This document shows, piece after piece, positions 26,820 through 35,628 of a stretch of DNA of 41,410 bases. The notes below the pieces were generated by a model. The model saw only the letters and a program-made list of their open reading frames with translations, was not told where the DNA came from and did not search any database. Each line of letters opens with the position of its first letter. Position 1 is the stretch's first letter. The position numbers and the translations under genes were made by a program. The DNA comes from Deltaproteobacteria bacterium. GTDB taxonomy: Bacteria; Myxococcota; JACRCW01. Where the stretch lies: positions 1-41,410 of the forward strand of contig JACRCW010000070.1 of assembly GCA_016218805.1 (NCBI GenBank), written 5' to 3'.

Positions 26820-28337
26820 TCAGTTCACGCCGTACAGCTCCTGGATGCGCGCGGAGGCGGCGGGCAGCTCGGCGGCGTCCACCACCATGCGCGCCATGGA
26901 CTGCCCCGGCGCAAACTCCACGATGTGGAACCCGGAGGCGGGTGGCGGCCCGTCAAACGCGGCTTTCACCGCCTCCAGGCTGGCCACCGGTTGCCCGTTG
27001 ACGCGGCTGACAATGAGGTCGCGCTCGTCCTGGTAGCCCAGGTTCAGCGCATCCGGCAGGACGGCGGTCAGCACCACCAGGCGGGGCGCATCCGCCGACG
27101 GGAAGGACCCCTGGACGTCCTGGGCAATGAGCAGCGGCAGCGGCCCGCGCCGCCGCCAGTCCCCGAACGTGCCCAGGTACGGAATGGACAGCGCCTGGAA
27201 CACCAGGCCGCCGCGCTCCACGTATTCGGGGGCGTGGTCCAGCACGTAGGCGGGGACCTTGTCGGCCTCGCCGGGCATGCGCCGCAGGGTCAGCTCCACC
27301 GTCTGGCGCGTGCCCGCGCGCAGGATGTCCGCCTTCACTCGGTCCCCGGGCAGGTGGCCCAGTGAGAACAGCAGCGCGAACGACAGCCGCCCATAACGCG
27401 GGTGATCAAACTGCCCCGACGCGTCAATGCGCGTTCCGTCGACGGAGAGCAGCACGTCACCCGGCTCCACGCCGCCGGCGCAGGACCCGTGGGGCAGGAC
27501 CTTGTTGATGAGGATGCCGCCTTCTTTTTCGCCCAGGCCCAGGTGCGCGCGCAGCGCGGGATTGACCAGCTTCTGCCAGGCCACGCCCGCACGCGCGAAC
27601 CCCCGGTAGGGCTGCTGCCCGGCCGCCGCCAGGAATTGCCGCAGCATGGGGGAGGCGATGGCGAGCAGCACGTCGTCGCTCTTGGACGTGGTCAGGCCCA
27701 CCACCTGGCCCTGCCGCACCACCGGTTCAGACCGGCCCGCTTCCGAGATGGACGCCGTCATGTCCAGCGTGAGCACGCCCGTGCGTGACATGCCGTGGTC
27801 CTCCACGCGCACCTGCCGCACGTTGGCGCGGGCGGCCTCAAACTGGTTGGAGCCCAGCCACCGCAGCACCTGCACCTCACCATCCACGGGAACGTCCGCG
27901 GCCAACGGCAGCGGCACCAGGTCGGTGAAGAACGCGGGATCATCCACGTCCACCAGGGCCAGCGGGCCTTCGTAGTCCGCCAGGCGGATGCGCGCGGGGT
28001 AGCGTTTCTCTTCCCCCAGTTTCTGCACCTCCACCAGCGTGGCGTTGCCCAGGCCCGTGGCAGTCACCAGGATGCGCGGCCCGGCCACCACCACGCCCGT
28101 GTAGCTGCGCATCCACGGGCCCTGCTTGGACCACGGTGCGCGCCAGTCCCAGTCCTGGCCGGACACGCGGATGCTCACCACACTCTTGCGCAGGCCGTTG
28201 CTGGACGGAACGGGGGCGGGCACCGGCACGCCGGCCGTGGCCACCGCCTTGCCGGGCGCCAGGGGTGCCCCCGGGGGTGGGGCCGCCGCAGCGACGAGCG
28301 GGAACGCCCAGGACAGCAGGGTGAGCAGCGTGTTCAT
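26820..28337 (-). CDS. HtrA/Deg2-like trypsin-PDZ paralogue, predicted catalytically inactive
   Basis: Collinear with the upstream protease (W..PW, GDVLL.VDG, Y...GGLVF..L, VNG.PV..L) but lacks the His/Asp/Ser triad. Signal-like N-terminus. Confidence 0.85.
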   Translation of the reverse strand: MNTLLTLLSWAFPLVAAAAPPPGAPLAPGKAVATAGVPVPAPVPSSNGLRKSVVSIRVSGQDWDWRAPWSKQGPWMRSYTGVVVAGPRILVTATGLGNATLVEVQKLGEEKRYPARIRLADYEGPLALVDVDDPAFFTDLVPLPLAADVPVDGEVQVLRWLGSNQFEAARANVRQVRVEDHGMSRTGVLTLDMTASISEAGRSEPVVRQGQVVGLTTSKSDDVLLAIASPMLRQFLAAAGQQPYRGFARAGVAWQKLVNPALRAHLGLGEKEGGILINKVLPHGSCAGGVEPGDVLLSVDGTRIDASGQFDHPRYGRLSFALLFSLGHLPGDRVKADILRAGTRQTVELTLRRMPGEADKVPAYVLDHAPEYVERGGLVFQALSIPYLGTFGDWRRRGPLPLLIAQDVQGSFPSADAPRLVVLTAVLPDALNLGYQDERDLIVSRVNGQPVASLEAVKAAFDGPPPASGFHIVEFAPGQSMARMVVDAAELPAASARIQELYGVN

Positions 28338-28345
28338 GGGCGTCC

Positions 28346-29776
28346 TCACAGGTTCCGGTCCTTGGGAATGCCGTACGTCTTCATGATGAGGGCCTGCACG
28401 GCGTGCGCGGCAGCGTGGTCCAGCGCCTCCTGCGCGTTTGAGCCCTCAAACTGGAACACGTCATACTTTCCCGTGTTCTCATCCAGCGTGGCGGCCAGGT
28501 CCGCCAGGCCGGTCACGGCGTGCCCGTTGACGGTGGCCACCACGGACCCGGTGCCCATGGTCATCTGCGAGTTCACCGGGTGTTTGAGAACGCGCGCCAG
28601 CACCACCACCTCGCGGTCCGCGTCCGCGGGCTTCTCCCACTCCCGCATGAACTGGTGCCACAGCACTTCGCGCGGCGCGGTGGCGCGCCACTCCGCTCCC
28701 AGCGTGCGCAGGTACTCCATGTCCAGCGGGACAAACACCAGGCCGCCGTGCACCAGGTAGCGCGGTTTCACGTTGTAGCGGTTGCGCTGCCGGTCCCCGC
28801 GCGCCAGGCGGCGGGACGGCGCGGTGAGCTTCTGCTCCTTGCCGTCGCGCAGCACGGTCATGGACACCGGTTCGCCCACCTGCTTGAGGTCAAACGTGTG
28901 GAAGTACGGGACCTGCGCGTCCCCCAGGGTGACGTTCCCGTCATCACGGATGGCGTCCTTGTCCACGGCCATCAGCACGTCCCCCGGTTGGAGGATGCCG
29001 TCCACCGTCCCGCCGGGCTGGATGGCCTCCACCACCACGCCGGAGCGCCCCGCGGGGAGCCGCCGCTCGCGCTTGAGCGCGGGGGAGATCATGTCCCCCG
29101 TGCGCAGTCCCGCGTCTGGGAACCCGTTGTACGTGCCGTCCCGGATGTCCCGGACGAAATGATCCACCACGGGGGACGGGATGAAGAAGCCCACGTTGTC
29201 CATGCCCAGGAAGCCCTGGAACGCCATCCCCACCACCTTGCCGTCCTGCCACACCGGCCCGCCGCTGTTGCCGGGGTTGATGGCCGCATCCGTCTGCACC
29301 ACCAGGTGCGCGTCCCCGCCGGAGTGCGCGTAGGAACGCCACTCCACGCGTGAGACAATGCCGCCCGTCGACGAGACCTCTTCGCCGCCCAGCGGGAACC
29401 CGTAGGTGGTCACCTTGGTGCGCGCCTTGGGCAGCGCGCCGAACCGGAGCGGCACCATCCCCTTGTAGAACGCGGGGTCCTCCACCTTGAGCACCGCCAC
29501 GTCGCAGTCATCACCCTGGAACACCACGCGCGCCACAAACGGGTCCGCCACGTGGTGGCGCTTGAGCAGCACCTGCCGCGCGTTGGCCACCACGTGCGCG
29601 TTGGTCATGACGTACCCGCCCTCAACCAGGAATCCGCTGCCGGTGGCGGAATCCACCGGAAACTGCCGCCACGGGACGGACCAGTCCGGGCGGGAGCGGT
29701 AGACCTGGACGCGGACAACGGAATCCTCAGGGACGGCCCCGGCGAGCAGGCCGTGGACCAGGAGCAGCGTGAGCAT
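28346..29776 (-). CDS. HtrA/Deg2-like serine protease with PDZ domains
   Basis: GSGF, TNAHVV (His), DCDVAVL (Asp), DAAINPGNSGGP (Ser), a PDZ domain and a Deg2-type second PDZ (YLVHGGLVFVPL). Confidence 0.94.
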   Translation of the reverse strand: MLTLLLVHGLLAGAVPEDSVVRVQVYRSRPDWSVPWRQFPVDSATGSGFLVEGGYVMTNAHVVANARQVLLKRHHVADPFVARVVFQGDDCDVAVLKVEDPAFYKGMVPLRFGALPKARTKVTTYGFPLGGEEVSSTGGIVSRVEWRSYAHSGGDAHLVVQTDAAINPGNSGGPVWQDGKVVGMAFQGFLGMDNVGFFIPSPVVDHFVRDIRDGTYNGFPDAGLRTGDMISPALKRERRLPAGRSGVVVEAIQPGGTVDGILQPGDVLMAVDKDAIRDDGNVTLGDAQVPYFHTFDLKQVGEPVSMTVLRDGKEQKLTAPSRRLARGDRQRNRYNVKPRYLVHGGLVFVPLDMEYLRTLGAEWRATAPREVLWHQFMREWEKPADADREVVVLARVLKHPVNSQMTMGTGSVVATVNGHAVTGLADLAATLDENTGKYDVFQFEGSNAQEALDHAAAHAVQALIMKTYGIPKDRNL

Positions 29777-29809
29777 GCGCGCATGGCTAACGCGGCGGAT
29801 GGTCCGGGC

Positions 29810-29862
29810 ACAAACGCCTGCGCCGGCGCCCCCCCGTCTGCAGGAGGCGCCGGCGCCAGGCG
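29810..29862 (-). terminator. GC-rich hairpin, probable terminator after the Cys-rich lipoprotein gene
   Basis: CGCCTG-CGCCGGCGCC pairs with GGCGCCGGCG-C-CAGGCG (29815-29862), with a short TTTGT tail on the minus strand. Confidence 0.5.
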
Positions 29863-29896
29863 CGCGACTTCACCCGTCACGAATGCTGCGGTGACC

Positions 29897-30772
29897 TCAC
29901 TGGCTGCTGTCCTCGCAGACGTAGGCCACGCAGGTGAAGCCTTCCGCGCAGTCCGCGTTGCTGCCGCACAGCTTCTTGCAGAACCCGTTGACGCAGCTGG
30001 TGCCGCATTCGCAGTCCGTGCTGGTGGTGCAGCGCGTGTCACTGGTGGTCACGCACTTGTGGTTCACGCACAGCTGGCCTTGGGCGCATTCATTGTCCTG
30101 CGCGCACAGCGTGGTGCACGCGTTGTCCAGGCACACCTGGCCTTCACCGCAGGTCTGGCCGCCGCACGTGGCGGGGGCGGGGCCTGACGACGTGGTGCCG
30201 GTGTCCGAGGAGGCGTTACCGGTGTCACTGCTGCTGTCCGCCGGGGCGCCCGACGAGCCGCCGGTGCCCGTGCTGGCGGGGGGCGGTTCCGAGCTGGAGG
30301 CGCCGCCGGGGACCGCGCCGGAGGAGCCGCCCTGGCCGGACGAGCCGCTGGAGGTGCCGCCGCCAAAGCACTCGCCGTCGACGCAGAACGAGCCGACCTC
30401 GCAGTCCGCGTTCACGAAGCACCCGCCGGTGGCGCGGCTGCAGGTGTTGTCCTGCGTGCAGCGCTGGCCGCGGGGGCAGTCGGAGTCCAGGGCGCACTCG
30501 CCGGAGCGCGGGATGCACACGCCGCTGTCCGCGCACCGCTCGCCGCGGTTGCAGTCCTGGTTGGAGTCGCACGTGGGCGCGCAGCCCTGCGCGGCGCAGA
30601 TGTCGCCGCGGCTGCAGTCGTCGTCAGACCAGCAGATGGCGTCGCCGCCGCAACAGCCGCCGCTGCAGTCATTGATGGTGTTGTTGCAGCCCGCCAGCAC
30701 TGCCGGCAGTGCCAGCAGGGAAGAGAGGACCACCGCCTGGAAGGAAACCGAGTGAGTGCTCGCGCGCATCAT
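29897..30772 (-). CDS. Cys-rich repeat lipoprotein
   Basis: Lipobox LAGC; many CxxDxDCxxGxxC repeats in two clusters separated by a Ser/Gly linker. Start could be 30784, 30778 or 30769. Confidence 0.85.
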   Translation of the reverse strand: MMRASTHSVSFQAVVLSSLLALPAVLAGCNNTINDCSGGCCGGDAICWSDDDCSRGDICAAQGCAPTCDSNQDCNRGERCADSGVCIPRSGECALDSDCPRGQRCTQDNTCSRATGGCFVNADCEVGSFCVDGECFGGGTSSGSSGQGGSSGAVPGGASSSEPPPASTGTGGSSGAPADSSSDTGNASSDTGTTSSGPAPATCGGQTCGEGQVCLDNACTTLCAQDNECAQGQLCVNHKCVTTSDTRCTTSTDCECGTSCVNGFCKKLCGSNADCAEGFTCVAYVCEDSSQ

Positions 30773-30917
30773 GTTCATCTCCACACGCCCGCCGGCCTCC
30801 TTTGCCGGTTGTGTGCCAGAGCGCGAACTCCGCGTCCGGGCGCAGAGAATGACCGTGGTGTGGAGGCGATCGTGTCCCCCGCATCACGCGGGGCCGCGGG
30901 CGGGTGTCAACGCCGGT

Positions 30918-32807
30918 TCATGGCGGGCAGCCGCGCCGGAGGTTGGCGGCACCGGCGGCGTCTCCCGCCTGTTCCAGTTCAAGCAGCAGCGGCGCGGCGT
31001 CCGCGCACCGGTGCTCCGCAATGAGCGCGCGGGCGCCGTTGAACAGCGCACCCCGGAGCGCCTGCTGGAGTTCCGCGTGCCCCGGCGCATCCCGCAGGCC
31101 GAACCGCGCTTCCCGCGCGGCCGCCATCCAGTCCGCCCGCCCCCACGCGTCATTGACCCGGCGGTGGGCGCAGTGCGCCAGGATCTCGGGGGCACGCTGG
31201 GCGCTGTCCGCGGCATCCGCCAGCAGCGCGCGCGCGCCGGCGCAATCGCCCGCGGTGGCCCGCGCAATGGCCTGGTTGGTGGTGATGCTGCCCAGGTTGC
31301 CGCGGAGCCGCGCGTCGTCAGGTGCCAGGCTGAGGGCGCGGCGGAGCGCGGCGCGCGCGTCCTCCGGCCGCCCCGCGTCATGCGCGGTGCGGGCCACGCC
31401 CATCCAGCAGTCCGCCACGCGGCGCTCCACCGTCGTGGGGGATGGGCCGTCCGCCCACGGCGCCGCCTCGCGCCAGTCCTGCTCCGCCTCCGGGCCCCGT
31501 CCCGCGCGGGCGCGGCCGGCCGCGCGCGCGGACAGGCCGTTCCACATCACCACGCGCGTGTTGACGTGCTCGCGCGCCTCCGCGGCCGCGCTGCGAGCCA
31601 ACGCCAGCGCCTGGTCCACGCTCCCCTTGTCCAGCAGCGCTGTTGACACCTGCGCGTAGCACTCGGCGCGTGCGGCGCCGGCGGGGACCGTCCCGCAGTG
31701 GCGCGCATCGCCTTCGCCCGCGGCCACCGCGGACACGGCCAGCGCGCGCAGCGCCACCGTCTCTTGGAGCGTTGCGTCCGCGCGGTCCGCCGCCTCCAGC
31801 CAGCGCAGCGCATCCCGCGGTTCACGGGCGTCCAGCGCGGCGCGCGCCAGGTGCTGGTAGGCCACCGCCAGGTTGCGCAGCAGGACGGTGCGCGTGGCCC
31901 CCGCGGTGCCCTCCAGCCCCAGCAGGAACAGCGGCACCGCGTCTGAGGCGCGGCCCGCCAGCACCAGTTGGCGGCCGGCGTTGGCCAGCATGGCGCCGCG
32001 CCAGCCCAACAGCCGGGCTTTCTGTGCGCCCTGCCCCAGCCGGGCGGCCCGGTCCAGGGCCACGGCCGCACCGCGGTGGTCACCCCGCTGCAGCAGGCCC
32101 ACGGCGCGGTTGCCGTAGATCCCCGCCACCAGGGCCACGGGCGGCAACTCCACGGCGTCCTTGGCCATGGCGGACAGGTCGGGCGGCGCTCCGGCAGCAT
32201 CCGCCAGGCCCAGGCGTGACACCGTGTCCCGCGTGAACAGCCGCGCGCGGTCCGGGTCAAACCCCTCCGCCAGCGTGGTTTCCACGTCCACGCTGCGCCC
32301 GTCCACCGTGACCCGTGCAAACGCGTGGTAGGTGCTGATCATTGCGCGCGGCGCATCCAGGAGTCCCTCCGCGGCAATGACGTAGAGGACCGCGGAGCTG
32401 AGGCAGTTGTACTCGCCGGTCTGCAGCAGCCGTGGCAGGGGCGTGGCGTCCAGCACGTAGCGGGACAGCGCCGTGTCATGGAGCATGCGCAGCAGCGCAC
32501 GCCCGCGCGCAGACCCGGCCTTCACGGCGCGCGCCCGGGTGCGCACCGGCGCCAGCGCCTCCGTCAGGCGCGCGCGCAACGCCGCCAGGTCCGCGTCCGT
32601 CACGCCGCTGGCCACCAGGGCCGCGTCCGCCAGGGTCACCTGGTCCAGGCTGCCGTCCTGGCCGTCCAGGAGCACGCGCGCTTCCACGCCAGCCGGTGCC
32701 GGAATGGCAAACCCGCCCGTGACGTCAATGGTGGTGGGGAGCGCCGCGGCATCCGCGGCCGGCCCGGTGCGTGTCAGCGCCAGGACGGCCAGCGCCGCCG
32801 CGATCAC
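30918..32807 (-). CDS. Exported transglutaminase-like (Cys-His-Asp) protein with TPR repeats
   Basis: Signal-like N-terminus; GEYNCLSSAVLY, YHAFARV, VDVETT; many TPR-like helices (ARAALRRALSLAPDD). Confidence 0.75.
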   Translation of the reverse strand: MIAAALAVLALTRTGPAADAAALPTTIDVTGGFAIPAPAGVEARVLLDGQDGSLDQVTLADAALVASGVTDADLAALRARLTEALAPVRTRARAVKAGSARGRALLRMLHDTALSRYVLDATPLPRLLQTGEYNCLSSAVLYVIAAEGLLDAPRAMISTYHAFARVTVDGRSVDVETTLAEGFDPDRARLFTRDTVSRLGLADAAGAPPDLSAMAKDAVELPPVALVAGIYGNRAVGLLQRGDHRGAAVALDRAARLGQGAQKARLLGWRGAMLANAGRQLVLAGRASDAVPLFLLGLEGTAGATRTVLLRNLAVAYQHLARAALDAREPRDALRWLEAADRADATLQETVALRALAVSAVAAGEGDARHCGTVPAGAARAECYAQVSTALLDKGSVDQALALARSAAAEAREHVNTRVVMWNGLSARAAGRARAGRGPEAEQDWREAAPWADGPSPTTVERRVADCWMGVARTAHDAGRPEDARAALRRALSLAPDDARLRGNLGSITTNQAIARATAGDCAGARALLADAADSAQRAPEILAHCAHRRVNDAWGRADWMAAAREARFGLRDAPGHAELQQALRGALFNGARALIAEHRCADAAPLLLELEQAGDAAGAANLRRGCPP

Positions 32808-33787
32808 GACCGGGGGTCCAGGGGCCGCCCGCCGCGCAGGCGCACCGCCTCCGCCTCCGTCAGGATGCCCTTGTCAATGAAGACCCAGATGAGCACGTCC
32901 TCCACCAGCCCCTGCTTGATGAGCGCGCGGATCTGCAGGCCCATGGCATCCGGCCGTGCCTGCACCGGGAGGGCGGTGAAGACGCTGCCGGCCGCCGCCG
33001 GCGCCGGGCTTGGGGGCGTCTCCACCTCCACGTCCATGTCCACGTCGTCACCGTGCGGCGCGGTCTGCTCCTCCTCGGTTCCATCCGCGGTGGGCTCCTC
33101 AAAGTCCACCGGGATCTCAGAGGCGTCCATGGACACCGTGGGCAGGTCGCTCACGTCCTGTTGCGCGAACCGCGATGCGGTGCCGTCCGCCGCGGCCTGC
33201 GCGGCGGGGGGCATGGCGGGGGCCGGCGGCAGGACGGTGGCGCCGCCCGCGCGCGGCGCGGAGGGAACGGCGCGGATGGCGGCCGTGGGCACGCTGGCGG
33301 CCAGATAGGTGGGGCTGGGCGGCGCCCGCACGGTCTGTTCGGGGTCCGCGTAGTTCTCCTGGATGGCGCGGGCCAGGGCGCGTTCGCCCGCAAGCACCGG
33401 CCGCACCTTCTTGCCCAGCCGCGCCTGCAGCGCGTTGAGGTTCTCCGCGTTCAATGGGTCGGACGTCGCCACAAAGACCACCTCTGCCGGTCCGTCACGT
33501 CCCAGTCCCACCGGGAAGACCTGGAAGCGGTCCGCCACGTCGCGCGGGATGGCCTGCAGCAGCGCCGGGGTGACCCGCAACTGGTCGGACGTCGCCATGC
33601 TCACGCCCAGCTGCGCGGCCAGCGTCACCACCACGTCTTCCTCGTCCACCAGGCCGGTGTCCACGGCAATCTGCCCAAACCGGCCCGCGCGCTGCCGCTG
33701 CTGTTGCAGGACGCCCTGGACCCCGGCGGGCTGCATGAGCCCCGCGTCCACAAGCATCTCCCCGAGCCGCTTCCTGGTTGCGTTCAT
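32804..33787 (-). CDS. Standalone MshEN / GSPII_N-domain protein
   Basis: RLGEMLVDAGL...LQQQ...RFGQIAVDTGLV.E..V...LAAQ tandem motif, then a T2SSE_N body (VATSDPLN). No ATPase domain. Confidence 0.88.
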   Translation of the reverse strand: MNATRKRLGEMLVDAGLMQPAGVQGVLQQQRQRAGRFGQIAVDTGLVDEEDVVVTLAAQLGVSMATSDQLRVTPALLQAIPRDVADRFQVFPVGLGRDGPAEVVFVATSDPLNAENLNALQARLGKKVRPVLAGERALARAIQENYADPEQTVRAPPSPTYLAASVPTAAIRAVPSAPRAGGATVLPPAPAMPPAAQAAADGTASRFAQQDVSDLPTVSMDASEIPVDFEEPTADGTEEEQTAPHGDDVDMDVEVETPPSPAPAAAGSVFTALPVQARPDAMGLQIRALIKQGLVEDVLIWVFIDKGILTEAEAVRLRGGRPLDPRS

Positions 33788-33925
33788 CGGTCACCGGCGC
33801 GAGGCCCCGGACGAGTTGTCTCCCACGCCGTGACGGGCTGTAAAGCCCCGCGTACCGTGTGACCTTTGTACACACCCCCACGACGGTGCGCCGGTGGTTG
33901 CCGCGGGGTTGGCGTCCCCCGCAAG

Positions 33926-34633
33926 ATGCGCCCCGTGCATCTGCGCCGCGCGTGGGCCGCCTGGGCCTGCCTCCTGTCGCTGTCGGCGTCCTTCGCGCGG
34001 GCGGGGGATGACTTCACGCTCCAGTTTGAACCCGCCACGGTGCCCGGAACGTACACGGTCCGCGTGGACGCCGTGCTGGATGCCCCGCCGGCTGCGGTGC
34101 GGCACGCACTGCTGCACTTCTGCGAGTACAAGGAGACGACCGCGTACATGCGGCAATGCGTGGTGTTCAACGTGCAGGGCAACGAGGCGTGGTCCTACGT
34201 CCTGCTGGACCCGCCGGTCCTGGACCCGCGGGACTACATCAACCGCCGCACCATTGTGCAGGACCTGCAGCCTGACGGCACGGGCGTGATGCACCTGCGC
34301 TACCGCCAGGACCACGCGGCGGGACCGCCGCCGCGGGACGGCGTGGTCCGCGTGCAGGTCAATGAAGGCCGCTGGGAGTTGGCCCCGCGGGACCACGGCA
34401 CGCGCACGGCCATTGTCTACACCCTCACGCTCAACCCCGGCGGCGTGGTGCCGCTGTGGATGGCGCGCCTGGTGGCGCGGCGGGCCGCGCCGGAGTCCGT
34501 GCGGCGGGTGGAGGCCAAGGCGCGTGACCTGGCGCGTTCCGGTGGCGTGGAACTGCCCAATCCCGGTGCCCCGTGGGCCACCGTACGCGTGCGGCCCATT
34601 CCCGGCGCCGCCATCACCACGCGCGGAGACTGA
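33926..34633 (+). CDS. START/SRPBCC-domain protein, probably exported
   Basis: Signal-like N-terminus; PP..DPRDY, VVRV..NEGRWEL.P, T.IVY....NPGG.VP.W. Confidence 0.85.
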   Translation: MRPVHLRRAWAAWACLLSLSASFARAGDDFTLQFEPATVPGTYTVRVDAVLDAPPAAVRHALLHFCEYKETTAYMRQCVVFNVQGNEAWSYVLLDPPVLDPRDYINRRTIVQDLQPDGTGVMHLRYRQDHAAGPPPRDGVVRVQVNEGRWELAPRDHGTRTAIVYTLTLNPGGVVPLWMARLVARRAAPESVRRVEAKARDLARSGGVELPNPGAPWATVRVRPIPGAAITTRGD

Positions 34634-34635
34634 CC

Positions 34636-35577
34636 ATGGCCACGGACGGCGTGCTGGGTGATGCGCTGGCGCCGGAGGCGCGGGATGCCCTGGCGCGCCG
34701 GCTGGTGGAGGGCGGGCACGGCGAGATGGTGCAGTACGGCGTGAGCGTCCAGGGGCGCCCCTTGCTGGCCGGCCGCCTCCCGGGCCCGCGACCGGATGCG
34801 CCGCGCCTGCTGCTGGCTGCCAACATCCACGGCGTGGAATTTGTGGGGGCGCGCGCCGCGCTGCGCTTCCTGCAGGACGCCGTGGAAGCGCGCGGCGGCG
34901 CCGGACAAATGCGCGCCCACGCCGAACTCTGGGTGGCCCCGTGCCTCAATCCCGACGGGTACGCGCGCACGTTTGCGCAGGGCGGGGTGGGCACGCTCAA
35001 GGAGCTGCGCACCAATGCGCACGGCGTGGACCTCAACCGCAATTTCCCGCGGCCGGACGGGGGACCGCCCTCGCGCCTGCCGTTCACGGGCAGCTCCAAC
35101 CCCGCGGCGGCCACCTTCCGCGGCACCGCACCGCTCAGTGAACCGGAGACCGCCGCGCTGGATGCGCTGCTGGCCGCGCAGCGTTTCCACGCCGTGGTGT
35201 CGCTGCATTCGTTCATGGGCAGTGTGATCCCGGCGCGCGTGACGGACGCGCCCAGCTACGCGGCGTACGGCCGGTTGTTCCGCGCGTTCACCGCGGCCCA
35301 GACGCGCTGGCGGTTCCGGCGCATGCAGAGCCGCGTGGTGGACGCGTTCACCGGCGAGCTGGAGGACCACGTCCACCACGTGCACCACGGCTGGGCCACG
35401 TGCGTGGAGCTGTTCACCCTCAGCCAGAGCGCGCGGCAGCACCTGCGCGCGCCCTCCGTCTTCTGGCGCTTCAACCCGCGCGACCTGGACGCCATCCTGG
35501 ACCATGACACGCCGGCGGTGGCCGCGTGGCTGCGGGCCGCACTGGACGAGCCGCGACCGGGCCCAGCAGTAGCTTGA
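34636..35577 (+). CDS. M14 family zinc carboxypeptidase
   Basis: G.SVQGRPL, NIHGVE (HxxE), PCLNPDG, RTNAHGVDLNRNF, LSEPET, SLHS, TCVEL. Confidence 0.9.
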   Translation: MATDGVLGDALAPEARDALARRLVEGGHGEMVQYGVSVQGRPLLAGRLPGPRPDAPRLLLAANIHGVEFVGARAALRFLQDAVEARGGAGQMRAHAELWVAPCLNPDGYARTFAQGGVGTLKELRTNAHGVDLNRNFPRPDGGPPSRLPFTGSSNPAAATFRGTAPLSEPETAALDALLAAQRFHAVVSLHSFMGSVIPARVTDAPSYAAYGRLFRAFTAAQTRWRFRRMQSRVVDAFTGELEDHVHHVHHGWATCVELFTLSQSARQHLRAPSVFWRFNPRDLDAILDHDTPAVAAWLRAALDEPRPGPAVA

Positions 35578-35628
35578 GTGCAGGTCCCCAGAGAAACGTG
35601 ACCGTGAGAAGAGCGCCGGTCATGACCG

